A DNA stretch of 64,000 bases from an uncultured Chloroflexia bacterium (GCA_963765765.1 CAVXYC010000020.1:192001-256000), one strand, 5' to 3'; shown: positions 51,278 through 61,421, numbered from the stretch's first letter. Translations and numbers: made by a program. The notes: a model not told the origin generated them from the sequence alone.

Positions 51278-52465
51278 CTAGGCTACGACGGCCTGGATCG
51301 AAGCATCCAACAGCGCCACTGCCTCATCGGCCTCGGCTTCGGTGAGCACCAGTGGGGGCATGAGACGGACCGCGTTAGGGAGCGGACTGTTCATTATGAA
51401 TCCACGCTCCAGGGCGGCATTCAGAAGGTCTGCGCCGATCTCCTGCTCAAACTCCACCGCGAGTAGCAGTCCGCGACCGCGAACGTCGGTGATGAATGGA
51501 TACTTGGTGCGCAGGTCGCTCAATTTTGACTTGAGGTAGCCACCCACCTTAGCCACGTGACTGGGAAGATCTTCGTCCACTACGTAGTTGAAGACTGCCG
51601 CGGCCACGGCACAGAGAAGCGAATTACCGCCATAGGTGGAGCCGTGATCGCCGTACTCCAGAACGCTGAACTCTTCCTTTGCCATGAACGCGCCCACGGA
51701 CACACCGCCGCCCATGCCCTTGGCAAGTGTCATCACATCGGGCTCTACGCCAAATTGCGTGTGGCCCCACAGTGTCCCAAGCCGGCCAACACCCGTTTGC
51801 ACTTCATCTGCGATGAAGAGGATCTTCTTGGCCGTGCAGAGCTCACGGACCTGCCGAAGGTACTCTGAGTCGGCTTCATTGACCCCGCCTTCGCCCTGGA
51901 CGACTTCCAGCATCACCGCCGCGGTCGTGCTATCACAGGCCGATTCCAACGCGTCAATGTCGTTGTATGGAATGTTCTGGAAGCCATCCGGAAGTGGCGT
52001 GAAGTCTTTCTGGTAGGCGGGCTTGCCCGTGGCAGCCACCATGGACAGCGTACGACCGTGGAAGGAGTGGTCCATCGACACGACCTTGTAGGCGCCGTTC
52101 AAAACCTTCTTGCCGTACTTCCGAGCTAGCTTGATGGCTCCCTCATTCGCCTCGGCTCCGCTGTTCCCAATGAAGCAGCGATCCATCGGTGAGTTGCGGA
52201 CGAGCGTGTCCGCAAGCTCAAGCTGCGGGATTGTGTAGACCTGGTTGGACGCGAGGAAAAGCTTGTGCGCCTGCTTGTCCAGCGCCTCGATCATGAGAGG
52301 GTGGCAATGGCCGAGCGTATTGACAGCCCAACCGCCAATGAAATCGAGATAGCGCTTGCCGTTGGTGTCCCACACCCACACGCCCTCGCCTCGCTCGATG
52401 ACGATGGGCATTCGTTTGGCGACTCGGAAATACCGTTCTGCCTCGAGTTGAATCCAGTCTGTCAT
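51278..52465 (-). CDS. argD: Acetylornithine aminotransferase
   Basis: NSGAEANE, SFHGRT, QGEGG, DEVQTG, LAKG. Confidence 0.94.
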   Translation of the reverse strand: MTDWIQLEAERYFRVAKRMPIVIERGEGVWVWDTNGKRYLDFIGGWAVNTLGHCHPLMIEALDKQAHKLFLASNQVYTIPQLELADTLVRNSPMDRCFIGNSGAEANEGAIKLARKYGKKVLNGAYKVVSMDHSFHGRTLSMVAATGKPAYQKDFTPLPDGFQNIPYNDIDALESACDSTTAAVMLEVVQGEGGVNEADSEYLRQVRELCTAKKILFIADEVQTGVGRLGTLWGHTQFGVEPDVMTLAKGMGGGVSVGAFMAKEEFSVLEYGDHGSTYGGNSLLCAVAAAVFNYVVDEDLPSHVAKVGGYLKSKLSDLRTKYPFITDVRGRGLLLAVEFEQEIGADLLNAALERGFIMNSPLPNAVRLMPPLVLTEAEADEAVALLDASIQAVVA

Positions 52466-52489
52466 CGATACACCCTTCCGTGCATGAGC

Positions 52490-53341
52490 CTAGGACGCGC
52501 CGGCCGCGTCGGTCGTAAACATTGTTCCCACAGCTTCATCGGTGAGCAGGCCACGCAGCAACGCGTTGGGCACGCGGCCATCCATGATATGTGCCTCAGT
52601 GACTGTGTCGAGGGCGCGCACGCACGCTTCCACTTTTGGAATCATGCCACCATGAATCTCGCCCGAGCCGATGAGGTCCCATACCTGATCAGATGATAAC
52701 TCGGGCATCAGCTTGCCATCTCTGTTCAGCACCCCCGGGACGTCCGTAAAAAAAACCAGCTTCTCAGCATGGAGCGCGCGCGCTATGTCGCCAGCAACAG
52801 TGTCCGCATTGATGTTCAGCGGCCGTCCATCCTCGTTGCGCCCGACAGGAGCCACGACCACGAGATATCCCGCCTCCTGCATTGCGCGCAGAGGTCGAAG
52901 GTCGATATTTACAACGTCGCCCACGAGGCCAAGCTTTGCGTCCCGCACCGTGGCCTGAATCAAGGCGCCATCCAGACCGGAGAGACCAACAGTTGGTACG
53001 CCAAGCGCGGAGAACCCTCCGACGAGATCTGAGTTGACGAGCCCAATCAGGACTGCGCGCACGACATCGAGCGTCTGCTCGTCCGTGAACCGCCGGCCAT
53101 CAACGAACCGTGTCTCATATCCCAACCGGCCCTGCCAGTCGGAGATCATTGGACCTCCACCGTGGACCACAACCGTGTGGATGCCCATCCGGTGAAGCAC
53201 CGCTATGTCTTCCAGAATCCACGGCTCAATGCCGACGCTACCGCCCACCTTGAGCACAATCGTCTTTCCGACGAAATGCGCGATACGTGGCAGGGCACCG
53301 CGCAATGACTCGAACCCCTGCCCCTCCATAACGGATGACAT
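52490..53341 (-). CDS. argB: Acetylglutamate kinase
   Basis: KVGG, VHGGGP, NINAD, GGMIPK. Confidence 0.94.
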   Translation of the reverse strand: MSSVMEGQGFESLRGALPRIAHFVGKTIVLKVGGSVGIEPWILEDIAVLHRMGIHTVVVHGGGPMISDWQGRLGYETRFVDGRRFTDEQTLDVVRAVLIGLVNSDLVGGFSALGVPTVGLSGLDGALIQATVRDAKLGLVGDVVNIDLRPLRAMQEAGYLVVVAPVGRNEDGRPLNINADTVAGDIARALHAEKLVFFTDVPGVLNRDGKLMPELSSDQVWDLIGSGEIHGGMIPKVEACVRALDTVTEAHIMDGRVPNALLRGLLTDEAVGTMFTTDAAGAS

Positions 53342-53352
53342 CCAAACGCCTC

Positions 53353-54571
53353 TCAGGTGGTGTACAGGCTGTTTTCCTGGACGTAGCCTTCCGTAAGATC
53401 GCAACCCCAGGCCACCGCCTCATGCTCTCCCATGTGTAGGTCCACGTGGATGATGATCTCGGAACCTTGGAGGACCGTTCGGGCGGCCTCTATATCGAGT
53501 CCCAGAGCGCTGCCGCCACGGCAGACAGGGGCCTCGCCGATCGTTACGTCTACAGTCGTGGGATTCACAGTGACCGAGGTGTTCCCCATTGCACACAAGA
53601 TTCGGCCCCAGTTTGGGTCGGCGCCGTAAATCGCCGTCTTGACAAGGTTTGAGGCGACCACCGCGCGGGCGCCGAGCCGCGCCTCCATTGGTGAGCGGGC
53701 CCCCTTGACTCGAACCTCAAAGAACTTCGTCATGCCCTCGCCATCGCGCACGATGGCCGTCGCCAGAAACGTGCAGACCCTGCGCAGGCCCGCGGCGAAA
53801 CGGTAGGCGTCATCGCCATTTCGGATCGGCTCGTTGCCGGCCAGCCCATTGGCCAAGAGCATGACGGAGTCATTTGTGCTCGTATCGCGATCGATGGAGA
53901 TCATGTTGAACGTATCGTTCACGATGTCCAGGAGCACCTCGTGGGCAAAGTCTGGGTGAAGTGCCGCGTTTGTTGTAAGGAAGCAAAGCATCGTCGCCAT
54001 ATTAGGGATGGATCATCCCAGCGCCCTTGGTGGCCCCAGAAAGAATCACCGGGCCTGTCGATAGCGCAATCTCGACAGATATCTCCTTGGGTCGCGTGTC
54101 CGTAGTCATCATGGCGCGCGCTACAGCATGACCGGCACCGTCGGAAAGCTCAATCGCGTCGATACCGGCGCGTAGTTTGTCCATGTCCATGGGAACGCCA
54201 ATGACGCCGGTGGAGGCCACCAGGAACGTATCGACAGATTCGCCAATCTTGGCCGCTGCGCGCTCAGCCATCTCCAGCGCATCACGCAGGCCCTGCTCGC
54301 CAGTGCAGGCGTTAGCGTTGCCCGCGTTGAAGACGATACCGCGACCAAACGGTCGAGCAACGTGCTCACGGCTCACGGCCACGGGCGCCGCGGCAAAGCG
54401 ATTCTGAGTGAAGGTGGCGGCAATGACCACCGGCGCGTCTGACACAATCATCCCAACGTCGAGCTTGTCGGTACCGGGCGTCTTCACGCCGGCATACACG
54501 GCGCCGGCCTTGAATCCGGGCGTCGAGGTCACGCTTCCGTCGGGAAGCTCACGTACTACATCATCTGTCAT
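53353..54571 (-). CDS. argJ: Ornithine acetyltransferase ArgJ, split by a +1 frameshift at 54005-54007
   Basis: GNANACTG, ASTGVIG, MTTDT, KGAGMIHP* then MATML..DTSTND, DGEG, NWGRI. Confidence 0.92.
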
Positions 54572-54654
54572 CGATGGCACCTTCGTTCGTATAGACGGCG
54601 CGGATGGCCAACGATGAGCTCCAGAACGCGTTGGCGGGTCCGCGCTAATGAGCG

Positions 54655-55683
54655 CTACGGATAGACGGCCAGCGCCTGCAGCCCGGCGTCCTCGGGGAAT
54701 CCGAGCATCAAATTCATGTTCTGCACGGCTTGGCCGGCTGCGCCCTTCACGAGATTGTCCAGGCATGACAGCACCATGACCCGGCCCGTCTTCTCATCCA
54801 CACGCGGATGAACGATGCAGTGATTGCTACCAAGCGTGTGTTTCGTCTGTGGTGAAGCCCCAACCACGCGCGTGAATGGCGTCTCGGCGTAGAAAGACTC
54901 GTACAGTCGAGTCAAGTCTTCCTGCGACACCGGGCTCATCAACCTCGCATAGCAGGTATCAAGAATTCCTCGTGTCATCGGAACGAGATGCGGCACAAAG
55001 GTGATCTCCAGCGGGTCCGAATCCAGGCCAGCGCTCGAGCGAAGTAGCCCTAGCTCCTGCTCCATCTCCGGGAGATGCCTATGCCCCTTTAATCCGTAGG
55101 CGGAGCAATTCTCATTGATCTCGTTGAAGTTGTACTCAACTTTTGACGATCGTCCTGCACCTGAGATGCCAGTCTTTCCGTCGATGATCACACCGGGCTC
55201 GATCAGATGGGCAATCGGCGCTAAGCCGAGAATCGCCGCCGTGGAGAAGCACCCCGGATTTGCTACCAACCGGGCTTTGCGAATCTTCTCCGCGTGGAGC
55301 TCTGGGATGCCGAAGGCCGCCTCGGGAATCAGGTGTGGCGCAGGATGCTCACCGTACCAGTGCTCATAAAGCGGGACGTCCTTTAGTCGAAAGTCGGCTG
55401 AGATGTCCACTGCCTTCGGAACGCGATCCAGCAGGGCAGGCATGATTTCCGCAGTGGCATGGTGTGGGAGCGCGGCAATGACGAAGTCGACCTCACCAAC
55501 CTCTGGAAGGATCTCCCGGTCAACGGGCCCAAGGTGAGGGAAGACCGACTCGAGCTGTTGGCCAGCAGCGCTCCGGCCCGTTACACAGGCCACCTCGACG
55601 TGAGGGTGGTTTGCCAGAATGCGCGCCGTCTCAGCGCCGGCATAGCCCGTCACGTTGACTATTCCAACGCGCGTTGCAGTCAT
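54655..55683 (-). CDS. argC: N-acetyl-gamma-glutamyl-phosphate reductase
   Basis: TGYAG, DISADFRL, ANPGC, HRHLPE, DNLVKGAAGQAVQN. Confidence 0.97.
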   Translation of the reverse strand: MTATRVGIVNVTGYAGAETARILANHPHVEVACVTGRSAAGQQLESVFPHLGPVDREILPEVGEVDFVIAALPHHATAEIMPALLDRVPKAVDISADFRLKDVPLYEHWYGEHPAPHLIPEAAFGIPELHAEKIRKARLVANPGCFSTAAILGLAPIAHLIEPGVIIDGKTGISGAGRSSKVEYNFNEINENCSAYGLKGHRHLPEMEQELGLLRSSAGLDSDPLEITFVPHLVPMTRGILDTCYARLMSPVSQEDLTRLYESFYAETPFTRVVGASPQTKHTLGSNHCIVHPRVDEKTGRVMVLSCLDNLVKGAAGQAVQNMNLMLGFPEDAGLQALAVYP

Positions 55684-55706
55684 ATCGCTCTCCCGGGAAT
55701 CGCTGG

Positions 55707-55753
55707 ATTATAGCAAAGCGATTATCTGGCCCCACCGGAACCCATGGTATACT
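55707..55753. promoter_or_regulatory. Divergent extended -10 promoters (argC and M50 protease)
   Basis: TGCTATAAT on minus (55707-55715); TGGTATACT on plus (55745-55753). Confidence 0.65.
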
Positions 55754-55764
55754 CCGATCCAACA

Positions 55765-56478
55765 ATGAATAGATATTCACAGCGCGATATCCTCATTCTC
55801 GCGGGCGTCGCGCTTCTCTTTCTCTGGCAAACAGGTCTAGGTCGGCAAGCGCTTTCCAACCCCGCGAGTTTGCTGGTAAGCATCCTGGCTCTCGCCATCG
55901 CCATTACCGTCCATGAAGCCAATCATGCTTGGGTTGCAACTTTATTAGGAGATCCGACTCCACGCTTGATGGGGCGGGTCAGCCTAAATCCGATGCGCCA
56001 TCTTGACCCTATGGGAACGCTGATGATCTTCGTGGCTCACTTCGGTTGGGGGAAGCCGGTGATGTTCAACCCCTGGAACCTCAAGGTCAATCCACACATC
56101 GGATCCGCCATGGTCGCCTTCGCCGGACCTGTGGCGAATATCGCGACAGCGATCTTTTTTCTCATTCCACTTCGATTCCAGTCTTCCGTTGATCCCCAGC
56201 TCGGAGAGCTCATACAGCAAGTTGTCAGACTCAACATCAGTCTCGCGGCGTTCAATCTGATCCCAATTCCGCCATTGGACGGCTTCAGCGTGGTGACCGG
56301 TGTACTGCCACGCCCGATTGCGGTCATATTCGAACCGCTGCGTCAGTATGGATTCATCATTCTCCTGGCGTTGCTGTTTATACCGATGCTTGGCGGTCCT
56401 GATATCCTAGGCGCCATGCTGCGGCCCATCATCACACTTGTCAGTAGCTTTGTTCGCACTGTCGCGCTCGGAACGTAG
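55765..56478 (+). CDS. Site-2 protease (M50) family metalloprotease
   Basis: HEANH, AGPVAN, FNLIPIPPLDG. Start moved to ATG 55765 because the upstream ATG overlaps the -10. Confidence 0.92.
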   Translation: MNRYSQRDILILAGVALLFLWQTGLGRQALSNPASLLVSILALAIAITVHEANHAWVATLLGDPTPRLMGRVSLNPMRHLDPMGTLMIFVAHFGWGKPVMFNPWNLKVNPHIGSAMVAFAGPVANIATAIFFLIPLRFQSSVDPQLGELIQQVVRLNISLAAFNLIPIPPLDGFSVVTGVLPRPIAVIFEPLRQYGFIILLALLFIPMLGGPDILGAMLRPIITLVSSFVRTVALGT

Positions 56479-56481
56479 AAC

Positions 56482-57453
56482 GTGGCGGCGGGTGATTTTC
56501 AGCGGGTCACGATCATCGGCACCGGACTTATTGGAGCCTCGCTCGGATTAGCCATCCGCGAGGCCTCCCCTGGTGCTCGGATCACCGGCTTTGAGCTTGG
56601 GGCGGATGCTCAGCGCACCGCGGCGCGACTGAAGGCCGTGGACAAGTTTGCTCCCAGCCTTCCACACGCAGTCCGCGATGCGGAGCTGGTGATTGTGGCC
56701 ACGCCTGTCCGCACGATCCAATTTATCTTTCGTGAGATGCGCGACGATCTTCCACCAGGCGTTCTCGTTACCGACACCGCCAGTACTAAGGCTCAAGTCC
56801 TGAGCTGGGCGCAGGAGATCCTTCCAGCCCATGTCTCATTTGTCGGCGGGCATCCGATGACTGGACGGCTCACCTCGGGTAACGACGATCCCGTGGGCAC
56901 GCTCTTTCAACAGACGATCTTTTGTGTGGTTCCATCGGCCACCGCGGATGCATCCCTCGTCCAGCGATTTGTTAGCCTGGCGGAATCGATAGGCTCCGTC
57001 CCCTACTTTGTGGATGCCGCGGAACATGATGGGCTCGTCGCCGGAATAAGCCACCTTCCCTACCTCGTCTCGACCATGCTGATGCGGAGTATCGCCGAGG
57101 ATGGCGGATGGCGTGAGATGCGTACGCTGGCGGCTGGCGGATTCGCCACGGCCACGCAGCTCGCGGCTGGTAACCCAACCATGTACACAGATATCTGCCT
57201 GACCAACCGCGAACCGGTAGTGCGTCAGCTAGACCAGTACATCGAGCGCCTGCAAGACCTACGGAGAAGGATTGACCAGGGCGACGAATCGATCCGGGAT
57301 GAGTTCATGGAGGCATCGGTGGCGCGGGAGGTCTGGCTGAACACGCCGCCCGATTCGGACACCCTGCCAGCTACGTCCGAGCTCCGCGGGCCGAATATCT
57401 TCTCGGCCGGCAAGCTTGGCGATCTCATTCGTGGGCGCCGACCCGAGCGGTAG
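56482..57453 (+). CDS. tyrA: Prephenate/arogenate dehydrogenase
   Basis: GTGLIGAS, DTASTK, GGHPMTG, EHD..ISHLP. Confidence 0.9.
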   Translation: MAAGDFQRVTIIGTGLIGASLGLAIREASPGARITGFELGADAQRTAARLKAVDKFAPSLPHAVRDAELVIVATPVRTIQFIFREMRDDLPPGVLVTDTASTKAQVLSWAQEILPAHVSFVGGHPMTGRLTSGNDDPVGTLFQQTIFCVVPSATADASLVQRFVSLAESIGSVPYFVDAAEHDGLVAGISHLPYLVSTMLMRSIAEDGGWREMRTLAAGGFATATQLAAGNPTMYTDICLTNREPVVRQLDQYIERLQDLRRRIDQGDESIRDEFMEASVAREVWLNTPPDSDTLPATSELRGPNIFSAGKLGDLIRGRRPER

Positions 57454-57510
57454 CCGGACCCGGACCAGCCAGCTCTGGTCCTCGGGATATTTCCAGCGAG
57501 GAATTCCGTC

Positions 57511-57590
57511 CGCCAATCGCATCCATTAACCGGCCTCCGAGTCGCACGTGAGTAGGCGATTTCGAGGCTGGTTGATGGATGCGATTGGTG
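57511..57590 (+). other. Long GU-rich stem-loop (about 35 bp) in the tyrA/rplL intergenic region
   Basis: cgccaatcgcatccattaaccggcctc..gagtcgc / gcgattt..gaggctggttgatggatgcgattggtg. Confidence 0.7.
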
Positions 57591-57647
57591 TCTGACTCTA
57601 TCCGCGGGGGAACCGCACCCTCATGGGATGCGGATCTGGACGACAAG

Positions 57648-57678
57648 AAGGGGCGAGCCCAAGCGGCTCGCCCCTTTT
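57648..57678. terminator. Bidirectional terminator between tyrA and rplL
   Basis: aaggggcgagcc-caagc-ggctcgcccctttt. Confidence 0.75.
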
Positions 57679-57707
57679 CGCAGGCCAGGAACGCCAGGAG
57701 GCGTTCC

Positions 57708-58085
57708 TTACTTGACGTCTACCGTTGCGCCGGCTTCGCGCAGCTTGGCCGCGGTGGCTTCGGCGACATCCTTCGCAACGCCTTCCTGGACAGGCTTTGG
57801 GGCTGCCTCAACGAGGTCCTTGGCCTCTTTCAGGCCCAGGCTCGTGATCTCACGGACCACCTTGATGACCGCGATCTTGTTGGCGCCGAACTCCGTCAGA
57901 ACAACGTTGAACTCGGTCTGTTCTTCGGCAGGCGCCGCGGCAGCCACGGGCGCTGCCGCCGCGGCTGGTGCCGCAGCCACCGCCGCGGAGACACCGAACC
58001 GATCTTCGAGCGCCTTGACGAGATCAGCCAGCTCCAGGACGGAGAGTTTCTCGATCGACTCAATCAGTTCTTCTTTGGTTGCCAT
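57708..58085 (-). CDS. rplL: 50S ribosomal protein L7/L12
   Basis: [30 protein letters not shown]. Confidence 0.98.
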   Translation of the reverse strand: MATKEELIESIEKLSVLELADLVKALEDRFGVSAAVAAAPAAAAAPVAAAAPAEEQTEFNVVLTEFGANKIAVIKVVREITSLGLKEAKDLVEAAPKPVQEGVAKDVAEATAAKLREAGATVDVK

Positions 58086-58144
58086 ACTTCAGTCTCCCTT
58101 GCTTCCAAGTGCCGCCCGGTGAAATCCGAGCAGTTGAAACGGCG

Positions 58145-58675
58145 TTACGCCGCGTTACCTTCCTCGAGCTGTCGTCGTCGTGCATCGAGCACCCCAACCA
58201 GATTTCTGGTCACGCCGTTCAATACATTGACGAGTCCCGCTATGGGGCCTTTCATGCCACCGAGCACCTGCGCGATCAAGACCTCGCGACTTGGCAGCTC
58301 GGCGAGCCGTGTGACTTCTTCAGGACCGATCCGTCGATCACCCAACAGTGCTCCACGCACCTGAAGGATTCGCGACGTGCGGGCAAATTCTGAAACGATC
58401 TTGGCCACCGCGACCGGATCGTCGTACGCAAATGCGATGGCAGTTGGCCCAATGAGGTCTTCTTTAATCGCTTCGCTTCCGGATTTGTCAGCGGCAAACC
58501 GTGTAAGCGTATTCTTGCTCACACGGTATTCGACACCCGCTTCCCGCAGTCTGCCTCGAAACGCAACCATGTCTCCGACATTCAAGCCGCGATAGTCGGT
58601 AACAACAGCGATACTACTTCGGGTGAAGCGATCCGCAAGCTCTTCTACTTCCTGGACTTTTTCAGGACGCGCCAC
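58145..58675 (-). CDS. rplJ: 50S ribosomal protein L10
   Basis: DYRGLNV, KNTL, GPTAIAF, LAELPSRE. Confidence 0.97.
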   Translation of the reverse strand: MARPEKVQEVEELADRFTRSSIAVVTDYRGLNVGDMVAFRGRLREAGVEYRVSKNTLTRFAADKSGSEAIKEDLIGPTAIAFAYDDPVAVAKIVSEFARTSRILQVRGALLGDRRIGPEEVTRLAELPSREVLIAQVLGGMKGPIAGLVNVLNGVTRNLVGVLDARRRQLEEGNAA

Positions 58676-58689
58676 TCAATCACCTCCTC

Positions 58690-58835
58690 TCAACAAAAAT
58701 TTTGGCCTTCAGCTTCCGAAGCTGAAGGCCAACCATCGTCAATGAGGGAACATGACGAATAATTAATCCTTCAAGCCTCGGCAGGTAGACTGATTAAGTC
58801 CGATTCCACGGACACCCGCTGTCTGCAGCCTGATG
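58690..58835 (-). promoter_or_regulatory. L10 leader (autoregulatory RNA) with attenuator hairpin
   Basis: Minus strand gcagacagcgggt..ttaa..acctgccgagg, then ttggccttcagctt/aagctgaaggccaa plus a T-rich tail upstream of rplJ. Confidence 0.8.
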
Positions 58836-58877
58836 ACTATTCAATTGTGAGCGCTTCAGAAGAATCGCTGGATCGAT

Positions 58878-59585
58878 CTACGCGGCGATGGCCAGCGTTG
58901 GCTGGACATCGAGTTTAATTCCAGGGCCCATCGTGCTGCTGATCGAAATCGAACGGATGTAGACGCCCTTGGCACCGCTCGGCTTTGCACGCACTACCGC
59001 GTCAATCGCGGCGGCAAGATTATCTTTGATTTGATCGGCGCTGAAGCTCACCTTGCCCAGCGGCATGTGAATGACACCGGTGCGGTCCAGGCGGAACTCT
59101 ACCCTACCACCCTTGTATTCGCTAACAACACGCCCAATGCCGTCCTTCACTACCGTGCCGGTGCGGGGATTAGGCATCAGCCCTCGGGGACCAAGGACTC
59201 GACCGAGCCGACCAACGAAGTTCATTACGTCTTCCGAGGCAACCGCGACATCGAAGTCGAGCCAGCCTTCCTGGACGCGCTTGACTAGCTCCTCACCACC
59301 AGCTTCGTCTGCGCCGGCCGCCAGCGCTTCACGCGCGAGATCGCCTGTAGCAAAGGCGATGACCCGGCGAGTCTTGCCCGTTCCATGTGGCAGCGTAGCG
59401 GCGTCTCGAACAATCTGATCCGCGTGGCGCGGGTCAAGCCCAGTTCGAATGTGTACTTCAACCGACTCGTCGAACTTCGCGGGCGCAAGCTCCTTTACCA
59501 GCGAAACTGCCTCGGCCGGATCGTAGAGCTTGTCTCGATCCAGTTTCTCCGCGGCCTGTCGGTATTTCTTTCCATGCTCTGGCAT
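58878..59585 (-). CDS. rplA: 50S ribosomal protein L1
   Basis: KFDESVE, LPHGTGK, LGPRGLMPNPRTGTV, STMGPG. Confidence 0.98.
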   Translation of the reverse strand: MPEHGKKYRQAAEKLDRDKLYDPAEAVSLVKELAPAKFDESVEVHIRTGLDPRHADQIVRDAATLPHGTGKTRRVIAFATGDLAREALAAGADEAGGEELVKRVQEGWLDFDVAVASEDVMNFVGRLGRVLGPRGLMPNPRTGTVVKDGIGRVVSEYKGGRVEFRLDRTGVIHMPLGKVSFSADQIKDNLAAAIDAVVRAKPSGAKGVYIRSISISSTMGPGIKLDVQPTLAIAA

Positions 59586-59612
59586 TACTTCTCCTAACGA
59601 GCGCTCGACTTC

Positions 59613-59634
59613 AGGTAGTCGGACCGCTCTCCCT
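59613..59634 (-). promoter_or_regulatory. Possible L1-binding mRNA element between rplK and rplA
   Basis: agggagagcggtccgactacct resembles the GGGAG..ACUA internal-loop motif, at the expected location. Confidence 0.35.
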
Positions 59635-60059
59635 CACTTCTCCACCCCGATACCCATGCTCCGAGCTGATCCTTCGATCATGCGCTCGGCAGCCTCGAGA
59701 TTCGCGGCGTTGAGGTCTTTCATTTTCATCTGCGCGATTTCGCGCACCTTATCGCGACTCAGCGTAGCAACGCTGCCGCGGCCAGGAGTGGTCGCTGCCT
59801 TCTCAACCCCGGCCGCCTTCTTGATCAAGTCAGAAGCCGGCGGCGTCTTGAGAGTGAACGCGAACGAACGATCCTCAAAGATCGTGATCTCAACGGGAAC
59901 AACGTTGCCCATCTGGGCGGCCGTCTTCTCGTTGTAGTCCTTTACGAACTGCATGATGTTGACGCCGTGCTGGCCCAGCGCCGGACCCACCGGCGGAGCA
60001 GGCGTCGCCTTGCCGGCGTCAATCTGCAGTTTGACCATTGCGCGAACTTTTTTTGCCAT
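59634..60059 (-). CDS. rplK: 50S ribosomal protein L11
   Basis: [22 protein letters not shown]. Confidence 0.98.
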   Translation of the reverse strand: MAKKVRAMVKLQIDAGKATPAPPVGPALGQHGVNIMQFVKDYNEKTAAQMGNVVPVEITIFEDRSFAFTLKTPPASDLIKKAAGVEKAATTPGRGSVATLSRDKVREIAQMKMKDLNAANLEAAERMIEGSARSMGIGVEK

Positions 60060-60086
60060 CGTTCAGTCGTCTCCGTGATTACGCGC

Positions 60087-60118
60087 AAAGACGCGATGGG
60101 ATAGACCATCGCGTCTTT
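60087..60118. terminator. Terminator-like hairpin between nusG and rplK
   Basis: aaagacgcgatgg-gataga-ccatcgcgtcttt. Confidence 0.6.
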
Positions 60119-60132
60119 CTAGCGCTCTTGTT

Positions 60133-60774
60133 CTATGTGATTCGCGAGACCTGGAGGAAGTCAAGCTCCACGGGCGTCTCGCGGCCGAAGAACGACACCA
60201 GCACGCGCACTTTGCCCTTCTCGGCATTGATATCGTCAACGATCCCAATGAAATCAGTGAACGGTCCATCCACAACCTTGACCCGTTCGCCCTTGGAGAA
60301 GCTGACCTTGACTTTCGGCGCTTCCACCCTCATTTGCTTGAGGATCGCTTTGACTTCGTCATCCTCCAGCGGGGTAGGACGATTTCCTGAGCCAACGAAT
60401 CCAGTGACCCCGGGCGTATTCCGCACCACGTACCAGGCGTCATCACCCATAACAAGCTCAACTAGCACATAGCCGGGGAAAACCTTACGCTGCACCGTGC
60501 GGCGTTGACCGTCCTTGATCTCAATCTCTTCCTCGGTTGGGATGACCACCTGGAAGATTTGATCCTGGACGCCCATGGATGCGATGCGGTGCTCGAGGTT
60601 CATCTTCACTTTGTTCTCATAACCTGAGTACGTGTGAATGACGAACCAACGCCGTCCATCGGTTGGCTCTTCTGGTTCTACGTCAGACTGGTCGCTGTCA
60701 ACGACGCCGCCATCAGCGGTTACTTCTGCCTGTTCGAGCTCGTCGTCAGCCACTGTTGCGCGAGGATTGTCCAT
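60133..60774 (-). CDS. nusG: Transcription termination/antitermination factor NusG
   Basis: WFVIHTYSGYENKV, FPGYVLV, TPGVTGFVG, FGRETPVEL. Confidence 0.98.
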   Translation of the reverse strand: MDNPRATVADDELEQAEVTADGGVVDSDQSDVEPEEPTDGRRWFVIHTYSGYENKVKMNLEHRIASMGVQDQIFQVVIPTEEEIEIKDGQRRTVQRKVFPGYVLVELVMGDDAWYVVRNTPGVTGFVGSGNRPTPLEDDEVKAILKQMRVEAPKVKVSFSKGERVKVVDGPFTDFIGIVDDINAEKGKVRVLVSFFGRETPVELDFLQVSRIT

Positions 60775-60777
60775 GGC

Positions 60778-61077
60778 TCAGATTCCCTGGCCTGCCAGCC
60801 GGAGCAGCAGGCGGAAGAACTCCTGAAAAATGAAGTCGATAGCTCCCAAAAACGCCCCCACGACGGCGGAGATGGCAAGCACGACTAACGTAAGGTTCGT
60901 CCATTCTCGTCGCGACGGCCAGATCACCTTGCGAATCTCAGAGCGAAGGTCACGGACGTAGTTCGTGATCCCCGCCTGCTGCGATCCGAACGGGCGACGT
61001 GCAACCGGTCCGGGCGCCTTGGGTCGCTTGGTACTCACAGTTGTCTGCTGACGCGGCGCAGTCTTGACCTGCGACAC
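60778..61077 (-). CDS. secE: Preprotein translocase SecE
   Basis: SEIRKVIWPSRRE plus one TM; lies between tRNA-Trp and nusG. Confidence 0.93.
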   Translation of the reverse strand: MSQVKTAPRQQTTVSTKRPKAPGPVARRPFGSQQAGITNYVRDLRSEIRKVIWPSRREWTNLTLVVLAISAVVGAFLGAIDFIFQEFFRLLLRLAGQGI

Positions 61078-61119
61078 ACTACCCCTTCCGAAATTCCCCG
61101 AAAATGAACCGTACTACGG

Positions 61120-61195
<76 letters not shown>

Positions 61196-61298
61196 ATGCT
61201 TGCCCCGAGAGACAGAGGCACATGGGCCTGGGCAACGTGGGGAACACTGTCTTATACCACGCCGGCCAGAGAGCCTACAACACGCTAGCCAGCCCAGT

Positions 61299-61397
61299 GC
61301 GTTCTGAAGTGCGAACTCGGACCGCCGCTTTCTCAGAGATGTCAGATTCAGTCTGGATATCTAGAGAGCGGCCATTCTTGCCCGGACTTCAGAACGC
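61299..61397. repeat. Imperfect ~100-bp inverted repeat between rpmG and tRNA-Trp
   Basis: gcgttctgaagt..ccgctttctc..gatgtcaga / tctggatatc..gagagcgg..acttcagaacgc. Confidence 0.6.
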
Positions 61398-61421
61398 TTT
61401 GCGCCGACTGTGGTTCCAGTA

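Noticed and set aside
54598-54645. Hairpin between argC and argJ as an attenuator
   Set aside because: No U-tract or leader peptide; probably a small decayed repeat or stabilising stem.
57579-58364. Long plus-strand ORFs over rplL/rplJ (similar ones over tuf, prfA, VIT1)
   Set aside because: Antisense shadows of conserved GC-rich genes with no recognisable motifs.
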